64,000 nt of DNA, from positions 6,233,708-6,297,707 of the forward strand of contig OZ316891.1 in the NCBI GenBank assembly GCA_973895155.1, read 5' to 3'. This document shows, piece by piece, positions 31,334-43,871 of this stretch. Source of the stretch: Marsupella aquatica (taxonomy: Eukaryota > Plantae > Marchantiophyta). A program made the position numbers and the translations under genes. Below the pieces are notes generated by a model. It searched no databases. It had not been told where the DNA came from and saw only the letters and a program-made list of their open reading frames with translations. The first letter of the stretch is position 1. Each line of letters opens with the position of its first letter.

Positions 31334-33193
31334 AGTTGATTGAGTAGCTCCAATATCTTACAATTGGGTAAAACCCATGGGAAATATGTCTAGGTTTATA
31401 TATAAGAGCCATGATTTCCACCAGGATGAGAACATGATGCATCATCATTCTAAATTCTATCATTACGTGTAGCTACCGGCATAGCAATCACCACTTTTTA
31501 AGAACAAAAATGAGGATAGGTAGCAAGCTATGGGTGCCAACATCATGATAATGGATTGCTACTTTAGATTCTGCAAATGGGGAGCTTGAATATCAGAACC
31601 CATCGGTAGACTCAAAACATCTTATTCTTAATTATTTCATAGAGAACCACGGCTTCTAGTTTACAGCGATTGTAAATTGAAGCTAGGCTCTGGATGAGTA
31701 GTTTCCTAGATATAGCTCAATTTTGCCAGTATAGATGTAAAGAGCCAGGACAGCTGTGAATCAATAAAGTGTAAAATTTTGTCATATTGAACAACTCCTT
31801 GGAATAAACTATCACTATCATATGAAAGATGGATGCACAAATTTGCAATGATTGGTTGGTGTTGCATCCGCCTAATTTGCATCCATAGATAAGAAATGAC
31901 AGATTTTGCAAATTTGTTGGGGAGTCTCGATCATAATGTCATGCTTTAAAGATGTCCTCAGTACCAGTATATATTAAGGCAATATTCAAGGCAATATTCA
32001 GGGAAGTTTCTGGCAGTACGTCCTTGTTAAAGTTCAGAAGACTAATAGTCATCATGGAGATGGTTATATGTATAAGACCTGTTTGGAAATTAAGTGCGCT
32101 TAAACCTGTGACACATATTCAAGGTTTCCTCACTTTTGTGATAAACATGATTGTTCCGATTGACAAAAGGGGAGATCTTACTTGGATTGAACAGGTGGAG
32201 AGGAAGGCTCCGTGACAGGTTCAATGAGATTGGCTCTTACAGATAGATCTTGGTGGTGGTCTTCATGCAGCTTTTCAAGATTATGGAGCGAGAGTAGAGT
32301 GGTTTCTGTTTGCATACATGTATTTCCTGATTACATGGCTAAATTGGAAAACTTAGGGTGTATCAAATTGATAAGTAGTACAATGTAAGACTTTCTTCAA
32401 TCTTTTATAGTTTGTCAAATGTTCATACTCTGGTTATGAAAAAACTAATGAAACGATGGTTATGAGCCTCAATACAATATTTGGGTCATGTGATTAACAA
32501 GTTTTTCTAAATTTGAGCATTTCATGGCTAGGTGGGTGAAGAACAACTCAATTTATGTCTGTTCTTCTAAGGACCATTACATTGGCAAGCCCTCACTATT
32601 CTTTTGGTGGGGCAGACAAGGTGAATTTTACCATTGGAATTAATAGAAGGTTGCTACTGTGTCATAATTAAGCAAAGGGACTAACTAAAACTATTGCTTC
32701 AAACAAGCTTAATTTCAATGTCTCCCATAATCTTGGCCGCAACTCTACGCATCCCAATTGCAACACAGGAGCCCTTACTGCATTGCTTTGGTATTGTTTA
32801 TGAATACAATACAAGTATTTTTTTTACAAAGATGCCTTTGAAGCTTAAGAGTTACCATGGACAACTCTGCCCAATTCTACAAATGAAAATTATAGTGCTT
32901 GATATGAAGCCTAGACAGTGTTGAGCCATGGCTTCTTTGTGTGGGCAGGATTGATGGATGGAAACGAGGCTACATCATTTTCCTGAAAGACTCTTTGCAG
33001 TGTCTCCCTCAAATATTTGAATGTGAAACATATTAGTCAGGCTGAGAAAATGCATTGGTTTGATTGGGAAATTTATGTGAGTAAGAACAACTAAGGCAAT
33101 CATCCTTTGACAAATTGTGCCTTGGCCAAGTGGTGTCAAAAGGATTCATTGAGACCTGTCAAAGAATTTTCCACCGGAAAATTAATAGCCAAG

Positions 33194-35883
33194 ATGGCTA
33201 TGCATCCCATGATTATGCAGCAAAAAGTGGGGCGATTGGTACCTAAGGGCACCTCGCTAGACTATCCAGAAAATGCAAAAGTCATGCCTGACTTACCTCC
33301 TGAGGTGCATTCCAGTTTTCCTGCTTATTTTTGAGTACTTGTTCCTTGGTGATAAAATTTATCCTTTAACGAATCTTAGGTCTGGTGTTTGTATCAATCT
33401 GATTTCAAATGTTTTCAATGAGGCCTTCCAACACAACTTTTCTTTTCTGATTTTGGCAACCAAATAACCTCGTCCTACAGAAAATATTATATCATGGCAA
33501 CAAGAGTGATTCTGTATGTCTGCCAATCTTTAACAAACCCCTAGGTTTATCAATAGACTGAAACAATTTGTGGGTGGTGTTGTCGGCCTAGTATATTGGA
33601 CACAAGTACCAATAATTGTCTTATTGACTAGGAAAATGATTGTCAGTAGGTGTTATTATGAGAACAGTCTAAGCAGAGAATGAGAAAAGATATGACAGTT
33701 TAAAATAAAACCCTAACTTACTTGGATTACATTCCAGGATAATGTGGAAAGAGAGGCTGATTTCATGGGTGTATAGTTTATGACAGGACTTACAACCGTA
33801 GGTTTTTGTCAAAACACTATAACAATAGATGGAAGCTACTATCTTATTAGTAATTTGTTTCCTTGAGACACAATTTAGGCTGCTGCATTTTAGGGTTTTT
33901 CTACTAAGGCTAATACATGATTTCATGTGCAGGCTCGAGCTGCTCATGACTGGATTCATGAAAATATCAAGGATTCGGATATATTGGGCTTTAAGAACAG
34001 GACCCCAAGGAGGTGGAGTATTGCTGGCCCCCAAAAGTTTGTGCATTATACAAGAGATGAAGGTCATATCAAACTAAACAACCTTTGCACCCTTCCTCAC
34101 CTTCATATGAAGCCAGAGCTGAGAAGACTAGAATGTTGGTGGCTCCCAAAGCTTCCCAAAGTTGTGCATCCTGCAGTCTACCACCCACCTGTGCCTAGGG
34201 TATGTACATTTGTTTTTGGTTGCAAATTGACTGACTGGTGGACTGCAAGGATCAAACTTATCTGTTGAGAAGTAGCAGCACAGACAACTATAAGAATTCA
34301 CTAAACAAGCTTAAATTTCTTCAATGAGAGTCAAAGCCAGGACGAACAAAATTCTACTAGGGAGCAACATACTAAACTCAGGAAAAAAATTCTAAATGCA
34401 TAACTGGGCTTTTTTTTGGGGGGGGGGGGGGGGTGGGGGGTAGAGAGAGTGGAACTTATTTTGATTTTATACCTAGCTTCCATTTACTGACAACATGTTT
34501 CTAATTTTCAAGGTAATATGACAAAATGAGAAATTCTCTAAGTAACCACACAAGGTGCCCAGCTAAGGAAAAAGTAGAGATTGATGGTTGGGTGTATCAT
34601 CGTCAAGGTGGGAGAATTTGACAATATTGTCATTTTATTGAGTTTAGACAAGAAGAGTGCACACGATTTGGTCTAGACCCCAAATGTGGGCAGATGAAGC
34701 GCATTATGAACGATGGAATGTATCTGCACAGTACGATACCTACTCAGAAGTGGAAGCTAAAATATGGGAAAGGTGGGTTGGTTGTGTTTACTAGTACAAT
34801 TATTTTGCCAGACCGACAGTGTTTGAGCATGTGTCAAGAACCAGTCTTATTTTGCAAAATCTCAGATCATGAGCAATGATGCATTTTTGTGGTCGCTACA
34901 ATTTAAATAACACTGAATGATTCTTATGTTGTGACCTCTCCACGCCTCTTTTGATTGGTTTGAGTTCGGACTGAAACTGGATGATGAATGTGGTCCTCTT
35001 ACAAGAATGTAGCAAACATTTTGACAAAGGTAACTCAAACAAGTTTTACAAGGCAAACAAGGAGTCCGTCGACAAGTTAAGGAGAGATTACAAAAAATAC
35101 TTCTACAAGGAGAGGCCAAAAGTTATCATCCACCAACAGCTGAATAGCAGATTGAAGTACGTCATGCTCCACACTATAGTTTTCAAAACTTAGAAAAATA
35201 ATTGTAGGCTTATCTTTTTGTGAAGTTTGGAAGCCCTTATTCATATGCATAATGTACTACAGGAACTGGCACTAACATAATAATGAAAAGTTATTCATTG
35301 GAATTTTTCTCAAAAAATATTGGGTCTTTTCATACCATTTTACTTGCAGCCTTGGTGTTTTAGGTGAGAAATGATGGCCAATTCATTCTTATGTCCTTTA
35401 AGACACGTTTGTCCAATGGAACATGAAAAATCCTAATTTTTTTCTCAATTTCAAATTTGATAATCTGAAAATATAGGACCTGAAAAATGGGCCACTTTTG
35501 AATCAGGCATAGCACCTACTGGAGGCGCTAGTATCCAATTTCAGATTCTAGCAAGACATAATTGTAGGGTAAAACTTAGGGGTCAAACACATTTTGAAAA
35601 CTCTTATGGATGAGAAACAAGTGCTTATACAACTCCACCCCAGGTCGCCAACAAACTACTAAGCTCGTCGCTAAGTCCTTCTTTTGCAATTTAATTGTGC
35701 AGGCCAAGACGCTGGGACTTGGACGAACTCAAGAAACTGGATGATTGGGAATACTATTCCACAAAGCCAGTTCCATCATTAGACACATCTGAGTATGTGG
35801 GAACATCAAATGAGCCTTCAGAAGGGTCCATAATCTATGATCATGGCATGAATGACCCTAATGATGATTGGTGGGGGACCTGA
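33194..35883 (+). CDS. Five-exon gene, hypothetical 262-aa protein
   Basis: Exons 33194-33304, 33933-34199, 34694-34772, 35006-35156 and 35703-35883. All introns are GT-AG with consistent phases 0, 0, 1, 2; the total of 789 nt is open to TGA. The exon 4 acceptor is a weaker AAG. Confidence 0.7.
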
Positions 35884-37424
35884 TGAGGGACCTGATGCAG
35901 AGACGTTCTTTCGGTGCATGAACTGGAATGCTCTTCTTGAGCAGAAGTTGTCAATTTTAATTTGACCAACTGTAATTTAGTCTCCTCACTTGGAGGAAAT
36001 TTACGAAAGAATATTAAGCCCAAAGGAATTTTTCTGCCCATACCCATGCACGGAGTGCATAAAGTCATCAGTTAGTTTATATCTCAAATTTTGGTGTGAT
36101 AAGAGATTAGTACTCAGAATTTGAAATTTGAGATTAGTACAATTGAGATTTACATCTCAAATTTTATAAAATTTTCAGTGCATTCATTTGGATAGCTTCT
36201 GGATCTTTGTTTAATCTCAAATTTTCCTGTGATTGTTCTTTGATGTCCAATGTATTACCTCACAAAGTTTGACATTTTTATGAGACCAGTTCTCCATTAC
36301 CAATGAGCCCCCAAAATGGTCAGATAATATACACCAACTGCCAATATGGCATGTTCATCCTGGAACATGACTCTTTTTTTTGGTCTTGTAGTGATATAAT
36401 TCATTTGATTAGGTACATGTAAAATATATGTCAAGAAATTAATATCTGTTAATTAAGAGTGAGTGACAAAGTACACATGCAAAGAAAAGCACATATAACC
36501 AAGAAAATACACAGACACTAAAGAGTTGTGCACATAAAATACAATTTTCACTTGATTCTAGGTAATGACAATCAACTTAAGAAAAACCATAAATTTTGTA
36601 AAGGAAACCATGAGAGTAGCTTAGTACACCATATGTGCATATCGTTCAAATTCATTTCTCTCATTTTCATGAGAAAAAAGATAATTCACTAAGGAATGAT
36701 TAAAAAGGACAAATTAAACATTTATGAGGGGAGCCAAATACACTCAAAATACTCTAATTCACTAAAATTTAAAGGGGTCCAAAAGTTAATTCAAAATCAA
36801 ATAATACAAATGATTCACCTTGTTAAGGCACATTAAAATCAAAATAGTAAACACAAAATATGAATAAGACAAAATTTGAAAGGTGGATTCACCATATAGC
36901 AGTTTCATATATACCAATTGCCAACAAACACTTCATTTCTGTGAAGAACACTGAGTAATTCAGGCACTAGCCACAAAGCACCATTTTTTAGGAAGGACAC
37001 TTCAGTCTTGTGAAGGACTCTGAGAAAGGGTCCTATAGACCTTCAGTCTAGACTGTAGCCTCAAGAGTTTAGCATTATTTCGTTTACAACTACAATGGTT
37101 GGTCAAAGCATTTTGTCGAAGCTCTGCGTAGCCATCTGAGCTCTGCAATAAACACTGTCTTGTTCAAGACAGTCGCTTGCACCCGACCAGGTCGAAGCAT
37201 TTTCTCAAGCTCCCACAAAGAAATCTTAGCTCGATCTATTCACACTATGTCTGTCTTGTTTGCTACTACATTAGGCATTCATACATACTCAACACAGGAA
37301 TCTTGGCCTCTATGTAGTTTTAGATCATTCAGAGGTCCTAAATTCCTGTAATGATGGCCAGTGCACTTTACTTGAATGTCACAGATTGTTAGATAGACTA
37401 TCCAGAGTGCCCCGGTTTGAAGTG

Positions 37425-37887
37425 ACGGGCAACTTGCCGAGTTGCCCGACACGTAAACTCGGCATTTTCTGGACTAAAATACCTCTATTTGACACATATT
37501 CGCAATTATTTCCCGACCCGGCCCAACCCAAACTCTTCCTGGCCAAGACCCGGCCTCATCCCAGACCCTGCTGCCCTTTCCCCTCCCGGGCCCGGCCCTG
37601 CCCGGCACCTGGCCTGGCCCCTCCCCTCCCCCGGACCCAGCTTAACCATAGCCAGGGGCGGGAAGGGGTGGGCCGGGCCGGGTGAGGGGAGGGGAGGGGC
37701 CGGGTCCGGGTGAGAGGGTCCAGGAAGGGAAGGGTCCGACCGGGAAAAAGTCTGGTTTTGCAGGGCGCCCGGGATGGTCAGGCCGGCTCAGGCCAGGAGC
37801 TCATGGCCGGGCCAGGCCGGGAAGTACATGTTGAGACTGGGACATGGAGACCGGGACTGTCGGGGTGCCAACTTGGCGGTTGACTGC
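37425..37887. mobile_element. GC-rich fold-back element (C-rich left arm, G-rich right arm), probable degenerate MITE
   Basis: cccgacccggccc/cccctcccc blocks on the left and ggggaggggccgggtccggg blocks on the right of an axis at ~37640-37652. Ends ccgagttgcccgaca and tgtcgggg..caacttgg are roughly complementary. No TSD resolved. Confidence 0.55.
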
Positions 37888-39606
37888 CTCTAAAGGCTCT
37901 ATTTGCAGGGCAAGTCCAAACGGGGTATTAAAGTGCCCAAATTTTGAACATAAACAAGTGAGGACATTGAAGCTGGTTAAGCCATTTTCAGAGATTTATG
38001 GTGCCCCAATCCTTTGACACTTGCACCCCAACTTCAATGACACCCCACAATCACAGTAAGGTGTCCTTCAAAGAGTACCTCTGCATTGCAATGTAGAAAA
38101 TTATTGAGAAAACTCAAAGTAGGGTAGACTGAGCCCTCCCTGTTGGAAGTTCCCCAAATGAAAGAGTGTCCCTATGGCTCAAAGCCCCTGGCAATTTTGG
38201 AGAACAGACTCCACAGTGGGCTTTACCTTACACACAAGGGCTCGCCCAAACTGTAAGATGCCATGGCTCCAAGGACAACACAAGAAAGAGCAGGAAGGAG
38301 GCAAACTACTCGGTAGGCAAGAATTTGAGGGTTTGAAGGGAATGGCCTTACATCCCTTACATTCTTTACAGTACGGTAATGTAATGTCTGACCTCCTTGG
38401 TGAATTAGTCACCCAAATCAGAAGCTTGTCTGCATGCACCACGGTCGTTGATTTGATCAATGCAAAAATGACACCTGGCAACGAGGCATAGCCATGCATG
38501 CAGGCGTGTAAGACTGATATCATTTTACCACCAACAGGGGTACTTTACAGGGTGGTAAAATGGTTAAATTGGTCAGGATGCTGTCAACAATGAAAGTAGC
38601 CAGGACTGCACGACTCGAGCAAGCTACGATATATCAGTGTTTTCGAGGAATCCTGCCAGCGACCAGCTCTACTATGGTTATTACTGTTGCATTATTAGTA
38701 CTGCTGTATTATGGTCATGTATACACGACGTACAACGTACTCTACAGTGTATTAAAATTGTGGTACTTTCTTCACCGTGACGAGCGAAGTCCGCACGACG
38801 AGTAGATCTTCGACATGTCATCGTATTTTGTCAGGACGCGTTCCTCTGTACGCATCTGCAGTATCTATTCATCGTTTTCAATTTGTTTTCGTAAAGATAT
38901 TTTGTGAAAGGAAATTAATGCGGATGGACCATTGCAATACATTATTCCTTGCTTTTCAAGTGCTTTTGCCTATAGTAACCTCCGGGTGACGGGCATTATT
39001 AGCCACAACTTCAAGGAAAGCGAGGACTGTATTTAAGGTTTGAGGTTTTTAATGCCCACACTAACATCTAATAAGGGTTAATACTCTTCATTGAGAGGTT
39101 TTTTTAATTTCATACTTTCACTAAAATAGATGAGAAGTTAAGGATGCCCCATCCAGATCTCGCCTATGTATGATATTATATTACTTTCCATAAAACACCT
39201 CAAAGTACAACGAGGAAAATATTGAAAGGCTTAAGTTAAAATTGTGAAAAAGAAATTTGGATGGATCAGGACGTTTGACAAAAGGTTGGAAGGGATAACT
39301 ACAACTTGGATAGATTATTTTCAAACATTGCCTTGAACTAAGTGGAGGAGCAATATCTTTTCTTGTATAAATGGTCACACTTATGGGTCTCAAAATGTCC
39401 ATCCTAGTTGCACTCCATGGTTACACACTGTGGTCCATTTGAGCATTAATTTTTTCTTCTAATAAACTATTTATCTTCTTGTTCTTGGTTTAATATTTTC
39501 AGGGAAACAGATGATCTTATGGACACCTAAATCCTTTGAGAAAACCCCCATATGGACAAATGAAACCCGGAGAGACCTTTTTGTAGGCTAAGATAGTACT
39601 TTTTTT

Positions 39607-39783
39607 TAGGTATTTGTTTAATGGACCCCCAAAATGAAAATTGTTACTTGATCAACCCCCTGAGGTCTATCAACGGTCCAGATCTGAGATCAAAAAGTCC
39701 ATCAATGACCAGATTGGGGAAAAATATGGACGGGATTGATTAAGCAAATTTTTTCCAGAAGGGGTCTACTAAACATATCTCTC
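39607..39783 (+). mobile_element. MITE family B copy 2
   Basis: Shares aaccccctgaggtctatcaa.ggtccagatctgagatc with copy 1. Flanks TACTTTTTTT / TACTTTTCTC. Confidence 0.78.
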
Positions 39784-42700
39784 TACTTTTCTCTGGTATT
39801 ATTTTGGAGTTGAGCCGATCGATCCGGGTTACAAGGTTCATGGGGTGGATGCATTAATTGGGCTCTTGGTATCGAACGCAATGAAATTTAATTTTACTTT
39901 TCCGACCAATGCATCGGATTCTGCACAGGCCGTGTCTTCCTGACGCCGACTAATTGTTCGTTGAGATAATGGACGGTGGACATCGGTTCTTCTGCCACAA
40001 GAGTTATATTGACAGTCATGCAGATCGATCAGAATAATGCGCAAACCAATGGTCACTTGTATACCCCATTATAACAATATTCATTGTTTGTTAACTACTG
40101 CAAAATATCGGTTAGGAGTTAGGACGGTGGTTCTTTGTCTGTGCTGCAGAAACTTACTGTTGAACGGTTCCACCAGAAATTATAATTTAATCCCATTTCT
40201 GCAATCCAATCACTGAACTATTTATGTTTGCATTAAAGAAATGCTTTTTGGGGTTGGTCTTGTTATGGCATGAGATCATAACCCTACTGGAAAGATTCTT
40301 GGAAGTAATTATAGAGTCAGGAATTAAATCAATCGTCCACTTTGGTTCCTATAGTTGTAATTAGTTTGGTTTTGAATGTGATCTTTGATGAAAAAAAGAT
40401 TCTGCTAATCTGTAGCTAGAACATGCGCTTGCAAACATATTAGCCTAGTAGACCCTATTTTCATAGAGGTCATTTCTAATGAGATAGAGTCCTTGAGAAA
40501 TGTGCTGATATGTCAGGGTATTAGTAACTTAACGTTAAGGTGAACACCACCAGATCACCTTAACGTGTTCAGGCTTTGAGTAACTGGTGGTCCTTGGCCA
40601 TGTTTTGGTCTGGCAGGCTACCCCCTTTTTTCTCATAAATAAAATGCTCCTTTCAAGAAACAAACAAAAGTGCATTTTGGTTATGAAATTGAAATCCTTG
40701 ACCAGTTTTTGGTCTTGCCCGTTACTCCTCATCTTACTAGGTTTTAGTTTACCGCATAAATAAAGTGCTTCTTCAGTAAAGAAAACAAAAAACATTTTTA
40801 CTATCAAACTTAAAATGGTGACTGGCTTCGGTCCATTAGTAAGTTAAAATAACTATTGGCGATCTAGATCACGAATCAGGTTATGACTGCGGTAGTGGTT
40901 TACTGACAGCTAATCCTCCAAGATTACGTACAGTACAGCTCAATAATGATCGGTAACGAGTTATTACGGTTTGATATGATGAATGTCACGGTATCCTAAG
41001 TCACTGCAATCCTGGAGCTCAGAGTACAATGTACTTTGCTCCAAGCTCTTCGCCATGACGCCATGTCTTTCCTGTACAGGCCCGGAAGTCTGGAACTGAT
41101 GCCAACTCAAACAGCTTGCACTGAATTATCATCGGAAAGGTTATCCAATTAACAATTAATTAGTTCAACCCAAGTCCAAGTCAAAAGAATCAGGTGGAGA
41201 ATAATTTGTGATACTGAATCTTGGGCCTCCCCATCGCTCAATCCTGTCTGCTATTGCAATAGACTCGTCAGTAAATGATGCGTTCGAGACCCAACATAAC
41301 ACTTCATCATGACTTGTGAGTTTTAGATTTTGAGCACGAAATTACGGTACATTTCGCTGATCCCAAGGATTTTGATTAGTTAATCGTGACTGAGTCCTCT
41401 TCTCGATGACTCGATCTCTTTCTCCGTCGAGAATGATTGATTGATAGATTGATAATGTCGTTGCCGAAAGATCGAGGGCTTGTACTCCGTTTGCATGTCA
41501 TCGAGGGTATATGGGAGTGAGCTAAGCTGAGCTGCGCAGCTTAGCTTGGGTTGGTGTGGTTTGGCTGCCGTCGTGCGATCGAGCTACACCCGGAGCTACA
41601 GAGATCTCGCCAAAGTTCGTGGTGCCAAAGTTTTCGTATCCTCCTGTACTTCAGGCGTTGTTTGCTGCATGCTAGTCTTGACCGTCTCGTCTGCCAGCTT
41701 ACTGTAGCGAGTCCGACTTGGCTCTCTGGGTAGTCCGTCTCCTGTTGCTGCTGCAGCGTTCCTGAGTAGATGCCCGTTGCGTTGCTTGGTTGGCCGGGGA
41801 TTTGATTTCCATCAGGCCTCGATTCTGCGCCGTGTGGACCGTGAATGAGAGAGAGGGACGTTTACTGGATTCGGTTCACGACGCGTCTGCTTTTTCGCAT
41901 GTGAATGTGGGGGAGTCCATGATACATAATTATGCAGTGTTATTAAGAATGGTGGAGGTCGCCAGCAGCATCGGAAGGAGAAAAGTATGCACAATCGTGT
42001 TTGCTATGCGTGACGTTGTCTTTTCGATCCTGTACGCTTCAATGTGTCCTAATTAGTCTTTCGTACTTTACATCCCGGTACATCGTCGAAGGAGTTGACT
42101 GCGATGGCATGTTTCTTCTTTCTTTTTTCCCTTAGTGAATTTTCGTGATTCACCGCACATAAGGTGAGCCAGTTTTTGTTTGCTTTCTCTTACCTCTTCG
42201 ATTGTGCCCATCTTTCAGGCTCTCTGATGTGCCATTCAGCATCAACGCGGTCTCAAAGAAGCCCTGGCCTTCATGCCCAAGACGCTAAACTCATGGGAGA
42301 ACTGCAGCAAACTGATGTACGTCCTGTTGTCTTTCGTTCTAACAGCCAATGGGATGATTGAGCTATTTGCTCGAGTCTTATGTTCTTTACCCAGTTTTTA
42401 ACTTCACAGATTTGTTTGAGTTCGGACTCTGCAATCAATCTGTTAATCACAATGCTCTTTCATCTCTGTAGACATGTTCACAATTGGTGGCTTATGGCTG
42501 TCTGCCAGCTGCAACTTGGAGAGTATGATGCGAAAGACGAGGTCCTTGCTATCTTTGACACTCATATATTGGGAGCGGGCCTGGAGACAAGACTTCTCAG
42601 GTTCACTCGTGAAGCACGCTTTCTGTACGTGTGTTCTGCATTAGTTAACTCTACCGCACTGCACAAGCCCAAGAAATCTAGCTGCAGGTGTGACATCTGC

Positions 42701-43871
42701 AAAATCTATCAATACTGGCTCGAGTCAATTTTTTGGGTGTGATACAAGTATCATACTTGTGTCCAAATTGGGATTGGGCAGCTTACGACTTTTCCCAATC
42801 GAGGGCATCTTTTGGTGTTGGACACTGATTCCAATACAGACATTGCAAGCAAGGGGCTCGTAAACAGAGCCACATTGACGGGCTTGGTCTCTTCACAAGA
42901 CTAGACCTTCTGGGTCACAGCATTACTTTAGGACAACAAATTTTCACGATTGGCCGAATCAATGAAAGGATCAGGTAGTAGCCTTCAAGGTACTTCATTT
43001 CAGGCTTGCCTGTTACCAACTGTGCAAGAGTTTTACTTGAATTTTAGATACTAGGCCATGCATTCAGTTGCATCAGAGCAATCAGTTCTATTCGGTTTCG
43101 TCTAAGCCACGCTCTCAATTGATGGTGAGATTTCAGCATGTCGTACAGGAGCTTAGGTTACGCGGTACTTTTCGTGACGCATGTTATAAAGCACCACGAG
43201 GTCTCCAGACTTTCCCCATCTCTTGTCTCAGACAACTCTTTCTTCTCTTTGCGAGTATATCATTTTTCGAGTAGCGTTATTAAACCGGGACAGACACCAA
43301 TGGCTTAAAGGTATTCAAATGCGCAGAGAAGACCTGTCGTTACATATTCTGTTTTAGTTTGTCGTCAATCTTTGTAACAGCAGTTTGAGAACCAACTTTT
43401 GATTTATCAACAAAAGGATTACGGTGATGTCAGCCACACTCATTGCGATCGTTCATTCTTTGTTCTGGAGCAGCTGGTAAGGGTCATGTCCATGACGCCT
43501 CTTGGGTGTATGGTTGTGTTGCCAGGATCGAAAGTAGTAATGCCATGGAACAGGTTGGGAGACAACAAGACAACATCGTCAAGTGGTTTGATATCAGGAA
43601 GGAAAGTTCTTTCGAAGTACCGTGAGCCGCCTCATGCCAGCAATGTAATCTGGACGAGCTCGAGCTCCTTCTAGTGGGAACGCCAGCAAGCAAGCTAACT
43701 AGGCCCGTGCTATTCAGCGAATGAGACGTCGGGAAAGAAGTGAGATACATGTAGTGAAGCGGGCCTTTTGACTACGCGTTTTCTATCGGCAGAGTATTGG
43801 AAGGGAGTAGCGAAGTAGGAGTCACAGGATTTTTCTCAGGAATTTAGCGTAGACCAATTGTTCCGTCAGAA

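Noticed and set aside
37900-38530. ORFs of 105 and 114 aa on opposite strands
   Set aside because: No domain or splice support; probably decayed repeat sequence.
41524-41547. 24-bp near-perfect palindrome (aagctgagctgcgcagcttagctt) as a miRNA hairpin
   Set aside because: Too short for a plant pre-miRNA, and no conserved miRNA sequence recognised.
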